From: Candidatus Undivivens industriae
GTDB lineage: Bacteria; Omnitrophota; Gorgyraeia; Gygaellales; Profunditerraquicolaceae
Assembly (NCBI GenBank): GCA_012514745.1
Contig: JAAYZR010000030.1
Location: forward strand, 5,946 to 69,945
Direction: 5' to 3'
Length of the DNA: 64,000 nt
This document shows positions 1 to 9,021 of the stretch, in pieces. Below the pieces are notes generated by a model. It saw nothing but the letters and a program-made list of their open reading frames with translations, had not been told where the DNA came from and searched no databases. Each line of letters opens with the position of its first letter. Position 1 is the first letter of the stretch. A program made the translations under genes and the position numbers.

Positions 1-2
1 TT

Positions 3-509
3 ATCCAGAAAAGACTGCATTATTCCGGAGCAGTTATCAAATGGGTGAAACCATCCGATATTCATTTTACTTTAAGGTTCTTGGGAGAGGTTAAAGAAGA
101 TAAAATCGGGGAACTCTGCGGCGCGGTAGAAAACGCGCTGCGCGGAATTCAGCCCTTCACCGTATCTTTCGGCGGGCTGGGGAGTTTCCCGGAGCATGGA
201 TACCCAAGGGTTATCTGGGCCGGGATAAAAGAAGGCGCCGATGAATTAGGCGCAATAGCGGAAGGATTGAGAGATCTGCCTGAAGGCTGCGGAGAGCCGG
301 CAGAAAAGAGGCGCTTCGCCGCGCACGCCACTCTAGGCAGGGTAAAAGAGAACCGCAATATAACGGCATTGAGGCGGTCGCTGGAAGACCCGGGAACCGC
401 CGAAGTTATTACGGGCCGCGGCTATATTCTGCGCTCGCTCACCCTTATGCGCACGGCCCCGGGACCGCTTTATACGCCGCTGATGACATTCAGCCTCACC
501 ACTATCTGA
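3..509 (+). CDS. thpR: RNA 2',3'-cyclic phosphodiesterase (2H phosphoesterase), 5' end outside window
   Basis: Two HxT motifs (HFTL, HATL) plus PRVIWAG. The frame is open from base 3 (IQKRLHYSGAVIKWVKP...), so the true start lies upstream of the window. Confidence 0.9.
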   Translation: MQKRLHYSGAVIKWVKPSDIHFTLRFLGEVKEDKIGELCGAVENALRGIQPFTVSFGGLGSFPEHGYPRVIWAGIKEGADELGAIAEGLRDLPEGCGEPAEKRRFAAHATLGRVKENRNITALRRSLEDPGTAEVITGRGYILRSLTLMRTAPGPLYTPLMTFSLTTI

Positions 510-940
510 AGCAGAACATTGGTATATAAAGCCGCCATAATGTCGTCGCTCATTATCCCGGCACTGCCTTTCAGAGACTGCAATTTGTCGGCCGGAAAAG
601 GTTTCAGCGCGTCAAAAACCCTGAACAAAATGAATCCCGCGACCACGATTCTGACGTCGTATGGAAGAAGGGCCAGAGACAAAAGCATACCGCTGACCTC
701 ATCGATCACCACGCAATTAGGGTCCTTGCGCCCGAAGATACGCTCCCCTTCCCCGGAAAGTAAAACACCGGCAACGGTCACCAGCGCAAACGCCAGAAGA
801 TAAAGCTGCGGACTGTCTTTGACCAGAAAATACAAACCCAGTCCTGCCAGACTGCCGGCAGTGCCGGGAGCCACCGGGCAATAACCGAAGTAGAAGAAAG
901 TTATAACGGGCTTGGCGAGAAAATCGGGTATTATGCGCAT
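470..940 (-). CDS. pgpA: Phosphatidylglycerophosphatase A
   Basis: APGTAGS, DPNCVVIDEVSG, FRVFDALKPFP and GIMSDD motifs; follows pgsA. Confidence 0.95.
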   Translation of the reverse strand: MRIIPDFLAKPVITFFYFGYCPVAPGTAGSLAGLGLYFLVKDSPQLYLLAFALVTVAGVLLSGEGERIFGRKDPNCVVIDEVSGMLLSLALLPYDVRIVVAGFILFRVFDALKPFPADKLQSLKGSAGIMSDDIMAALYTNVLLQIVVRLNVISGV

Positions 941-948
941 AAAGACCT

Positions 949-1059
949 CGGTGAACGGCTAAGGTAACGCAGCCAGTATCGGTTTTCGGTTACGGCAACG
1001 TCTAAAAGCTTGCGATAGAAGGAACTGGCATCGTAACCGTAACCGACAGACCGGAATTT
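949..1059. repeat. Palindromic intergenic element, copy 1 (CGGTTACGG...CCGTAACCG family)
   Basis: ACGGCTAAGGTAAC (955-968) and CATCGTAACCGTAACCG (1029-1045) are identical to segments of 22845-23006. TCGGTTACGG (986-995) is the reverse complement of CCGTAACCGA (1037-1046). Confidence 0.75.
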
Positions 1060-1086
1060 GTAATAGAACCTCTTGCAAATCCAAAA

Positions 1087-1665
1087 TTATAATTTCGTGA
1101 TTATACGGCGGTTCTCCCAGAGATAATACAGGCCGGAATAAAGTGTCAGCCCGACGGTGATGACCATCAGCACGTAGATACCCTGCCGGAAGAAACTCTC
1201 CCAGGAAGGATTCCAGGTGAAAAAGGTCAACATCATTTCTTTCAGCACCACGAATATCAGTATCAACACGATCACCGACATCTGCGACACGGTTTTATGC
1301 TTGCCGGCCTTTGCCGCCGAAAGCACTTTGCCCTTGTTCAGCGCGAAGAGGCGCAACGAAGTTATCAGTATCTCCCTCGAGATAATAATAACGAACATCC
1401 AGGCGTCCACCAGTTGCATCTGCACGAAGGCCGCGAAGGCGGCCAATACCAGGATCTTATCCGCGATCGGGTCCATAAGCTTGCCGAAATCCGTGACCAT
1501 ATTGCGCTTCTGGGCGATGCGGCCGTCCAGGAAATCCGAGACGGCGGCCAGCGCGAAGATCACCAGGCTGATCACCTTGGCCCAGAGGCCGTGGATGAAA
1601 AGAAAAAACATGAACACGAAGGTGAATACTATCCGCAAAACCGTAAGACGATTGGCTAAGTTCAT
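1087..1665 (-). CDS. pgsA: CDP-diacylglycerol--glycerol-3-phosphate 3-phosphatidyltransferase
   Basis: NLANRLTVLR start and the CDP-alcohol phosphatidyltransferase motif DFLDGRIA...FGKLMDPIADK. Confidence 0.96.
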   Translation of the reverse strand: MNLANRLTVLRIVFTFVFMFFLFIHGLWAKVISLVIFALAAVSDFLDGRIAQKRNMVTDFGKLMDPIADKILVLAAFAAFVQMQLVDAWMFVIIISREILITSLRLFALNKGKVLSAAKAGKHKTVSQMSVIVLILIFVVLKEMMLTFFTWNPSWESFFRQGIYVLMVITVGLTLYSGLYYLWENRRIITKL

Positions 1666-2948
1666 AATAAGGCTTCTCCTGTAAGGTCGTACTCTAAAGC
1701 ACCGTCCACGCGCACCCTGACCATACTCCCGGGTTTAACCGGCCTGCGCGTCTTCACGTAAACCATGCCGTCCACTTCCGGAGCGTCGTATTCGCTCCTG
1801 CCGGAGTAAACGTAAGCGGGATCCGGGGGATCCTCCCCTTCCGGTAAAGCCGCCTCCTCTTCCACCAGCACATCCAGTTCTTTGCCGAGCATTGCGCGGT
1901 TGTTCTCCGCCGATATCCCCTGCTGAAGGGACATCAATTCGTCGAAGCGGGAGCGCTTTATCTTCTCCGGCACCTGCTCCGGCATGGCCGCCGCCGGCGT
2001 ACCCTCTTCCCTGGAATATATGAACACCCCGAGCCGCTCGAAACGCGCCTCCTTGACGAAATCCGCAAGTTCCCTGAACTCTTGATCCGTCTCCGACGGG
2101 AACCCGACGATGAAAGTGGTCCTTATCGCCGCCCCGGGCAGACTGCTGCGCACCTGATCTACCAAACGCAACAAATAATCCTTTCCGCACCGCCTGCCCA
2201 TTTTCTTCAGTATGCGCCCGTTTATATGCTGGAGAGGCAGATCGATATACCGGCAAAACTTTTCCTCCCGGCGCATCAGGGCCGTCACCTTCTCCACTTC
2301 CGGCCCCGGATAAAGGTAAAGCAGCCGCAACCAGCGTGTCCTGCGGCAGCGCCGCGCCAATTTCCTAAGCATCGACGAAAGCGTGACGCCGCCGGCCAGA
2401 TCGAAGCCGTAAGCCGTCAGGTCCTGCGCGATGACGTTTATTTCTTTCACCCCGGATGCGTCCAGCCTCCCGGCCCTCTCGAGCAATTCCTTCTCCGGGA
2501 CGCTGGTGAACCTCCCCTTGATGGACGGGATGACGCAATACGAGCAGCGGCTGACACATCCCTCGGATATCTTTAGATAAGCGTAATGCTCCGGCGTGAG
2601 ACGGTAAAGTCCGCACCCGCCGCACCAGCCGGGAGAGATCCTGCCCACAAAAGCGTCAACCTCAGGGAATTCCCTCTTTAATTCATCCGCGTAGCGCTGA
2701 ACGAGGCACCCCTGAACGACAATCCTCTTCAAGACGCCTTTTTTCTTGAGTTCGATCAAATCGAGTATCGCGTCTATGGATTCTCGTTTGGCGTCGTTCA
2801 CGAAAGCGCAGGTATTGACTATCCCGATCTCCGCTTCGTGTATATCTGTGATCTTGTAACCTTTATGGAAGAGCCTGCCGCAGACCGACTCGGAGTCCGC
2901 CAGGTTCCTGGGGCATCCCAGGCTAAGTATGCCTACGGCAGGTTTCAT
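1662..2948 (-). CDS. rimO: Ribosomal protein S12 methylthiotransferase
   Basis: SLGCPRNLADSE, NTCAFV, radical SAM CxxxCxxC (CVSRCSYC), and a C-terminal TRAM domain with DAPEVDG. Confidence 0.95.
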   Translation of the reverse strand: MKPAVGILSLGCPRNLADSESVCGRLFHKGYKITDIHEAEIGIVNTCAFVNDAKRESIDAILDLIELKKKGVLKRIVVQGCLVQRYADELKREFPEVDAFVGRISPGWCGGCGLYRLTPEHYAYLKISEGCVSRCSYCVIPSIKGRFTSVPEKELLERAGRLDASGVKEINVIAQDLTAYGFDLAGGVTLSSMLRKLARRCRRTRWLRLLYLYPGPEVEKVTALMRREEKFCRYIDLPLQHINGRILKKMGRRCGKDYLLRLVDQVRSSLPGAAIRTTFIVGFPSETDQEFRELADFVKEARFERLGVFIYSREEGTPAAAMPEQVPEKIKRSRFDELMSLQQGISAENNRAMLGKELDVLVEEEAALPEGEDPPDPAYVYSGRSEYDAPEVDGMVYVKTRRPVKPGSMVRVRVDGALEYDLTGEALL

Positions 2949-3751
2949 CTGCCTATTTCCAGTCCCTTACGGCTGATAATGATGTTTTTCAGGGCCTGTC
3001 CGCGCCGGCCCAGGTTGGGTATGAATTTACCGTTGATTTCGAGTTCCACCGCTCCCGCGTTACCGAGCGAAAGCTCTCCTTTGTCCTTGAAAATGAAGTT
3101 CTCAAACCTTCCCTTTCTCAGCAGGCTGCGAAAAACCACCTTACCGTCGGCCTTGAGATTTACCCAGCAGTCCTCTTTGGCCCTGATCACCAGGCGTATC
3201 TCGGAATCCGCGGACTGCGGAAAAGACTGCTCGGCGGGCCGGGCGCTTTTAGACTTTTTCGTCGGCAGCGCCCGGGTTGCTGCACGCGGCTGAACAGCCA
3301 AGACGGCGCGCTTCGCCGGCTTGTTTTTTAAAAAAGCCCCTATTTTACCGGCGATGAAGAGCAAAAATAGGGCGGCAATAACCGCCGCGATTATCTTCAT
3401 TACTCCGGGATTTATGCGGAAACGCGGGGCGTTGCGCGGCGTAACTTTCAAGCCGGTGCCGTGCAGAGGTTTTGTCACTTTTTCTTCAGAAGCAGAAGGC
3501 GGCTGGATTTCCTGTTCCGGTCTGGCGGCGGAAGGCGCCTCCGAGCGGAAATACTCTGCGGCATCCACCCCCAGAAAAACGCAGTATATCTTGATGAAAC
3601 CCTTCAAGTATACCGGATTTATATTGGCGACGCTGTCTTCCTCTATCGCCTTTATTATATGTATATTTATTCTGGTCTTCCGATGCGCCTCTTCAAGAGT
3701 GCATCCTTTTTCCAGCCTGAGTTGTTTTAATCTTGCTCCCGGTGAATCCAT
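2945..3751 (-). CDS. rodZ: RodZ-like protein (HTH + TM + DUF4115)
   Basis: N-terminal XRE-type HTH with YLKGFIKIYC, a single TM helix and C-terminal LGNAGAVELEING; typical ftsK-rodZ-rimO order. Confidence 0.85.
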   Translation of the reverse strand: MDSPGARLKQLRLEKGCTLEEAHRKTRINIHIIKAIEEDSVANINPVYLKGFIKIYCVFLGVDAAEYFRSEAPSAARPEQEIQPPSASEEKVTKPLHGTGLKVTPRNAPRFRINPGVMKIIAAVIAALFLLFIAGKIGAFLKNKPAKRAVLAVQPRAATRALPTKKSKSARPAEQSFPQSADSEIRLVIRAKEDCWVNLKADGKVVFRSLLRKGRFENFIFKDKGELSLGNAGAVELEINGKFIPNLGRRGQALKNIIISRKGLEIGR

Positions 3752-3766
3752 TCCGGCTTTCTCCTA

Positions 3767-6040
3767 TCAAGAGGAAGAAACGCTTTCTTCTTCCCTGCCT
3801 TCTCTTGCCATCATATCTTTTTGCAGCCACTCTTCCCGGTCTATAACTATCTTGCGCGGTTTGCTTCCCTCGAACGGACCGACCAGTCCGTCCTGTTCCA
3901 TCATATCTATTATTCTGGCGGCGCGGCTGTAACCCAGCCGGAGCCTGCGCTGCAGGATAGAAACGGAGGCCTGGTTGGTCTCCATCACCACCCTCACCGC
4001 CTCGGCGTACATCTCGTCCTTGTCCCCGCCTCCGGTAAAGGTCTTCCCATGTTCCTTAAGCACCTCTTCTCTGTAAACCGGTTCGGCCTGTTTTTTGATG
4101 AAATCCACTATGTGGTCTATCTCCTTGTCGGAGACCAGCGCCCCCTGCGCCCGTATCAATTTGGCCTCCCCGGGCCGCAGGAAAAGCATATCGCCTTTAC
4201 CGAGCAGTTTGTCGGCGCCGTTCATATCAAGCACGGTCCTGGAATCCACCTTGGAGGGAACTTTGAAAGATACCCTGGATGGAAAATTAGCCTTGATGAC
4301 GCCGGTGATGACGTCCACCGAAGGACGCTGGGTGGCCAGTATAAGGTGTATGCCCACCGCCCTGGAAAGCTGCGCCAGCCTGGCGATCGCGCTCTCTATC
4401 TGATCCCTGGACACGCTCATCAAATCCGCCAGCTCGTCAACGATGATGACTATGTAAGGCATCTTTTCCTGCCCCACCTGCTGGGCGTTGTAAGCGGTGA
4501 TGTTCCTGGCGCCGGCCTTTGCCAGCATACGGTAACGCTCTTCCATTTCCCCCACCAGCCAGTTCAGCGCCACAGCGGCTTTCTTGGCCTCGGTTACGAC
4601 CGGGCATAATAAATGCGGCATCCCGTTGAAAGGCGCCAGTTCGACCATCTTGGGATCGACCATAAGCAGTTTTAGCTGCTCCGGAGAAAACTTTAGCAGT
4701 AAAGAAAGTATCAGGCAGTTCACGCAGACCGTTTTTCCGGAACCTGTGGTTCCTGCGATAAGAAGGTGCGGCATGTCGCCCAGGTCCGCAACCACAGGCT
4801 GTCCGGTGATGTCCTTGCCGAGCGCCAAAGGCAGTTTATACTTGGTCTCGGTGAAATCCCGCGAAGAAAGAATATCTTTTAGATAAACCAGGCTGCTTTG
4901 CATATTCGGGACTTCCACCCCCACCCGCCCTTTGCCGGGTATGGGCGCGACTATACGCACGGACTGCGCTTTCATCGCCAGGGCGATATCGTCCCCAAGC
5001 ACCACTATCTTGTTAAGTTTGACCCCTGGCGCAGGTTCCAGTTCGTAACGAGTGATAACCGGCCCGCGCTCCACGTTGGTAACTTTCACGGAAATGCCGA
5101 AATCGCTCATCGTCTCTTCCAGGATGCGCGCGTTACCGGCGAGATCTTCTCTTATCTGACGGGCCTCCACCGGAGGAGGAGAATCCAGAAGTTCATACGT
5201 GGGAAGCTGGTAGTCGCCCACCTTCACCGGCTTAGGCGCGGGAGGAGGCTCCTGTCTGGACTGAGCGGGCTGGGCTTTGATGATAACCTGGGCCTTCTTT
5301 TCCGGTTTTACCGCCGGAACGAAACCTTTCTTGATCTTCTCGATTATGTTCTCTTTCGGCTCCTGCCGGCTCCTCGTCCGCGGATCTACTTCTTCCGCCT
5401 CACCGTCGTTTATCTCGGGCCGGGAACCCCTGCTCCTGCGCTGTCCCGCGTAAGGACGCCTTTCGTCCGCCGGCCTTCCCGCCCGCAACGATCCCACGGC
5501 TTCTCCGGCCCTCTCTACGGTCTTCATCACCAGCGTAGATATCAAAACTTCCGTAACCAGCGCGAAAGAAAGAAGTCCGAGCGTGATAAAGAGGATATAT
5601 CCTCCCAGTTTCCCGAAGTAAGAACTCACGAAACCGGAGAGCAGAAAACCGAAATATCCAGACGCGGAAAAAGCGGCGTGGCGGTTGGCGGAGATGAATA
5701 TGCCGGCTATAGAACTAACGGAAAGCATGAGAAGAAGCATCCCCATCAGGCGCGGCAGCCTCAAGTCCGGCCGCCTCTGTTTGAAAAATAACACCCCGCC
5801 GGCCAGCACGAACAAAGGAATAAGGTAACTGGAGACTCCGAAGAAAAAGAAAAGGACACCCGAGAAATAGGCCCCGAATGTCCTTATAAAGTTTTTAGGA
5901 GGTACGTTGGGATGCGTGGTGTAGAACGAAATGTCGAACGGCGTGAAAGAGACCAGCCCGGCCAGTATTATTAAACCCGCGGCAAGTAGAATAATCCCCT
6001 TGATCTCGTTGAACCTGCGTTCTTTCACCTCTGCCCACAA
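3767..6040 (-). CDS. ftsK: DNA translocase FtsK/SpoIIIE
   Basis: N-terminal TM region, MPHLLIAGTTGSGKT Walker A, IVDELADLM, ATQRPSVDVITG and a gamma domain (LQRRLRLGYSRAARIID). The start may be GTG at 6028. Confidence 0.96.
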   Translation of the reverse strand: MWAEVKERRFNEIKGIILLAAGLIILAGLVSFTPFDISFYTTHPNVPPKNFIRTFGAYFSGVLFFFFGVSSYLIPLFVLAGGVLFFKQRRPDLRLPRLMGMLLLMLSVSSIAGIFISANRHAAFSASGYFGFLLSGFVSSYFGKLGGYILFITLGLLSFALVTEVLISTLVMKTVERAGEAVGSLRAGRPADERRPYAGQRRSRGSRPEINDGEAEEVDPRTRSRQEPKENIIEKIKKGFVPAVKPEKKAQVIIKAQPAQSRQEPPPAPKPVKVGDYQLPTYELLDSPPPVEARQIREDLAGNARILEETMSDFGISVKVTNVERGPVITRYELEPAPGVKLNKIVVLGDDIALAMKAQSVRIVAPIPGKGRVGVEVPNMQSSLVYLKDILSSRDFTETKYKLPLALGKDITGQPVVADLGDMPHLLIAGTTGSGKTVCVNCLILSLLLKFSPEQLKLLMVDPKMVELAPFNGMPHLLCPVVTEAKKAAVALNWLVGEMEERYRMLAKAGARNITAYNAQQVGQEKMPYIVIIVDELADLMSVSRDQIESAIARLAQLSRAVGIHLILATQRPSVDVITGVIKANFPSRVSFKVPSKVDSRTVLDMNGADKLLGKGDMLFLRPGEAKLIRAQGALVSDKEIDHIVDFIKKQAEPVYREEVLKEHGKTFTGGGDKDEMYAEAVRVVMETNQASVSILQRRLRLGYSRAARIIDMMEQDGLVGPFEGSKPRKIVIDREEWLQKDMMAREGREEESVSSS

Positions 6041-6065
6041 TAATTTTTCGAGAGCGGAAAACGGA

Positions 6066-8153
6066 TTACGCTTCCGTGCCCGGAAGAGCCTGTTTGCGGC
6101 TCAGGTTAATCCTGCCCAGTTCGTCTATTCCCGTGACTTTCACGTTGAACTGGTCCCCGACCTTGACCTCTTCTTCGATGTTCTTGACGAAATGATCGGA
6201 GAGCTCAGAAATATGCACAAGCCCTTCTTTACCGGGAGCGATCTCGCAGAAGGCGCCGAAATTCATTATCCTCTTGACCCTGACAGAATAGACGCGTCCG
6301 ACCTCGACGTCGTCCGTTATAGCCTTGATCATATTGATCGCTTCCTGGGACTTCGCCGGTTCGTTGGATGCGACGAGGACCGTGCCGTCGTCTTCTATAT
6401 CTATGCTGGCGCCGGTGGCGGCGATGATCTTCTTTATCGTCTTGCCGCCCGGGCCTATAAGTTCGCCGATCTTCTCGGTGTTTATTTTTAACACGTCGAT
6501 ACGCGGAGCATACGCCGAAAGTTCCGCTCTGGGGGCGTCCAGCGCTTCCTTCATTTTACCCAGGATGAACATCCGCGCTTCCTTGGACTGCATAAGGCAT
6601 TTTTCCAGCAGTTCGAGATCTATGCCCGGTATCTTAAGGTCCATCTGAACGGCGGTCATCCCCTGCTTGGTGCCGGCGACCTTGAAATCCATATCGCCGA
6701 AATGATCCTCCAACCCGCTGATGTCCGTCAGCACCGCGGCCTTGGAACCTTCCTTAACAAGACCCATCGCCACGCCGCTTACCGCGTCCTTTATGGGAAC
6801 GCCGGCGTCCATCAACGAAAGAGTCCCGGCGCAAACCGTAGCCATACTCGAAGATCCGTTCGATTCCAGTATCTCTGAAACAAGCCTGACGGTGTAGGGA
6901 AATTTATCTTTACCGGGCATAACCGCCAACAACGCCTTTTCGGCCAGCGCGCCGTGCCCGATCTCCCTCCTGCCCGGCCCGCGCACAGGCCTGGTCTCCC
7001 CCACGCTGAAAGGCGGAAAAGTATAATGAAGAATAAACGATTTGTATCTTTCCCCCTCCAGCGACTCTATCATCTGTTCATCGTCGCCGGTCCCCAAAGT
7101 AGTAATTGCCAGGCTCTGGGTCTGCCCGCGTGTGAAGAGGCTTGAACCGTGCGTGCGCGGCAGGACCGATACCCCGCAGGTTATGGGCCTGACCTCGGTA
7201 AAACTCCGGCCGTCTATGCGCTTGTTCCCGTGCAAAATTATGTCCCTGACCTGTTTCTTCTCCACTTCGACCAGCGCGGACTTGATATCGGCGGCCTCGT
7301 GGCCTTCGGCGGTCAGCGCGGACTCCAGTTCCTTGGCCACTATGCTTATCGCTTCCTCTCGCTCTTCCTTTTTGGAAAGCTTGTAAACCTCCTTAAGCCT
7401 TTCCGCGGAAAGAGACTCGACCTTCGCGCAGAGCTTCGGATCCAGCAGTTTATAGGTCATCTCGCGTTTCTGCCTACCGAACTTATTGGCGAACTCCTTC
7501 TGCAGGTTGATAATCGGCTGAACCTGCTCGAAAGCAAGCCGCGCCGCCTGTATATAAAGTTCCTCGGAAACTTCTCTGCCGCGGGATTCAAGCATTACCA
7601 CGCCGTCGGACTTGGCGGCCATAACCACCTCAAGAACCGACTCTTCGATCTGCTTGTAAGTAGGATTGACCACGAATTCGCCGTTGACGTGTGCCACGCG
7701 GCAGCAGCCCAGCGGGCCGTTAAAAGGGATATCGGATATCGTCAGGGCGGCGGACGCGCCTATTACGCCCAGTATATCGGATTCATTCTCGCCGTCGCTG
7801 GAAAGAACGATCGCCATAATCTGCACGTCGTTGTAAATGCCCCTGGGAAAAAGGGGACGCACCGGCCGGTCTATAAGGCGGGCGTTTAATATCTCGCTCT
7901 CGGACGGCTTGCCTTCCCTTTTAAAAAACCCCCCCGGGATGCGCCCGGCGGCGTAAGTCTTCTCCTGGCATTCCACGGTAAGAGGGAAAAAATCGATGCC
8001 TTCCCTGGCGGTCTTGGACATACACGCGGTCACCAGAACTACCGTGCCGCCGTAATGAACGGTTACGGAACCGTTGGCCTGTTTGGCCAAAGAACCCGTT
8101 TCGAGCACTAAATCATTATTGCCTATCTTTACCCTCATTGTGTTGCATTGCAT
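6066..8153 (-). CDS. pnp: Polyribonucleotide nucleotidyltransferase
   Basis: FFPLTV, GRIPGGFFKRE, RREIGHGALAE, ESNGSSSMA, GDMDFKVAG, and KH and S1 domains. Confidence 0.98.
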   Translation of the reverse strand: MQCNTMRVKIGNNDLVLETGSLAKQANGSVTVHYGGTVVLVTACMSKTAREGIDFFPLTVECQEKTYAAGRIPGGFFKREGKPSESEILNARLIDRPVRPLFPRGIYNDVQIMAIVLSSDGENESDILGVIGASAALTISDIPFNGPLGCCRVAHVNGEFVVNPTYKQIEESVLEVVMAAKSDGVVMLESRGREVSEELYIQAARLAFEQVQPIINLQKEFANKFGRQKREMTYKLLDPKLCAKVESLSAERLKEVYKLSKKEEREEAISIVAKELESALTAEGHEAADIKSALVEVEKKQVRDIILHGNKRIDGRSFTEVRPITCGVSVLPRTHGSSLFTRGQTQSLAITTLGTGDDEQMIESLEGERYKSFILHYTFPPFSVGETRPVRGPGRREIGHGALAEKALLAVMPGKDKFPYTVRLVSEILESNGSSSMATVCAGTLSLMDAGVPIKDAVSGVAMGLVKEGSKAAVLTDISGLEDHFGDMDFKVAGTKQGMTAVQMDLKIPGIDLELLEKCLMQSKEARMFILGKMKEALDAPRAELSAYAPRIDVLKINTEKIGELIGPGGKTIKKIIAATGASIDIEDDGTVLVASNEPAKSQEAINMIKAITDDVEVGRVYSVRVKRIMNFGAFCEIAPGKEGLVHISELSDHFVKNIEEEVKVGDQFNVKVTGIDELGRINLSRKQALPGTEA

Positions 8154-8181
8154 ATTATTTGCCTTTCTAAGGTTTGGGGTT

Positions 8182-8451
8182 TTATTTCCGCAAATGGAGT
8201 TTACTCAGTATTTCCTCGTATTTCTTGATGTCGGTTTTCTTAAGGAAATTGAGGAGCCGCCTGCGTTTGCCGACAAGGGAAAGCAATCCTCTGCGGGAAT
8301 GATGATCTTTCTTATGGGACTTGAAATGATCGCCTAAACTGTTGATACGTTCGGTAAGAAGAGCTATTTGAACATCGGCCGAGCCGGTATCTTTCGCGTG
8401 CGTCTTATAACTCTCTATAATTGCCGTTTTCTTCTCTTTTACTAAAGCCAA
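8182..8451 (-). CDS. rpsO: 30S ribosomal protein S15
   Basis: [13 protein letters not shown] and [15 protein letters not shown] start at 8451 lies downstream of a GGAGGT RBS. Confidence 0.97.
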   Translation of the reverse strand: MALVKEKKTAIIESYKTHAKDTGSADVQIALLTERINSLGDHFKSHKKDHHSRRGLLSLVGKRRRLLNFLKKTDIKKYEEILSKLHLRK

Positions 8452-8493
8452 TTCAGTCACCTCCTCTTTTCTTCACCTTTTAAATGTTTTTTT

Positions 8494-8522
8494 ATTATAA
8501 TCCACCTCTACGGCAAAGTCAA
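8494..8522 (-). promoter_or_regulatory. Sigma70 promoter for rpsO-pnp-ftsK... operon
   Basis: Minus strand TTGACT (8522-8517), 17-nt spacer, TATAAT (8499-8494). Confidence 0.75.
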
Positions 8523-8602
8523 TATTTAATATGGATAATTTGCTGACGCGGAACTCCGGGCCCTTAAGCTGTTTCCCACCCATCACGAATTGACATTATT
8601 CC

Positions 8603-8630
8603 TTGACTTTTTCTCCGTATTAAGTATACT
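8603..8630 (+). promoter_or_regulatory. Sigma70 promoter for rpmB
   Basis: TTGACT (8603-8608), 16-nt spacer, TATACT (8625-8630). Confidence 0.6.
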
Positions 8631-8693
8631 TATATCTTCAGTTGTTTGAACACTTGGACCCGGAATCTTCCGGGGGTAACTATGGAGCGTGAC

Positions 8694-8939
8694 ATGTTAA
8701 AACAATGCGCTATTTGCGGCAAAAAAGCCCTCACGGGTAAAAAAGTGGTACGAAAAGGTATGCCTAAGAAACAGGGCGGTACCGGAAGCAAGATAAGCCG
8801 TTGGTCAAAACGAAGTTTTAATCCGAACCTGCAGAAAATGCGGCTGTTGGTCAAAGGAAAAACGGTCCGGGCCTTTGTCTGCGCAAAATGCATCAAAAAA
8901 GGCGGGTTCACGAAGGTAGCGGGTAAAAGCAAGAAATAA
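8694..8939 (+). CDS. rpmB: 50S ribosomal protein L28
   Basis: MLKQCAICGKK...SKRSFNPNLQ...VCAKCIK; GGAG RBS at 8684-8687 before ATG 8694. Confidence 0.93.
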   Translation: MLKQCAICGKKALTGKKVVRKGMPKKQGGTGSKISRWSKRSFNPNLQKMRLLVKGKTVRAFVCAKCIKKGGFTKVAGKSKK

Positions 8940-8967
8940 CTTAGTTCCGGCGCCGGGCCCTGGAATA

Positions 8968-9003
8968 GCAAAAAACGCGTATTTTTCATACGCGTTTTTT
9001 TGT
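8968..9003. terminator. Bidirectional intrinsic terminator
   Basis: AAAAAACGCGTAT / ATACGCGTTTTTT inverted repeat with T-runs on both strands, lying between convergent rpmB and the 9022 gene. Confidence 0.8.
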
Positions 9004-9021
9004 TGGAACGACAAAACCGTT

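Noticed and set aside
8630-9014. Minus-strand ORFs of 119 aa and 69 aa over rpmB
   Set aside because: They are antisense to a clear L28 gene that has its own promoter, RBS and terminator.
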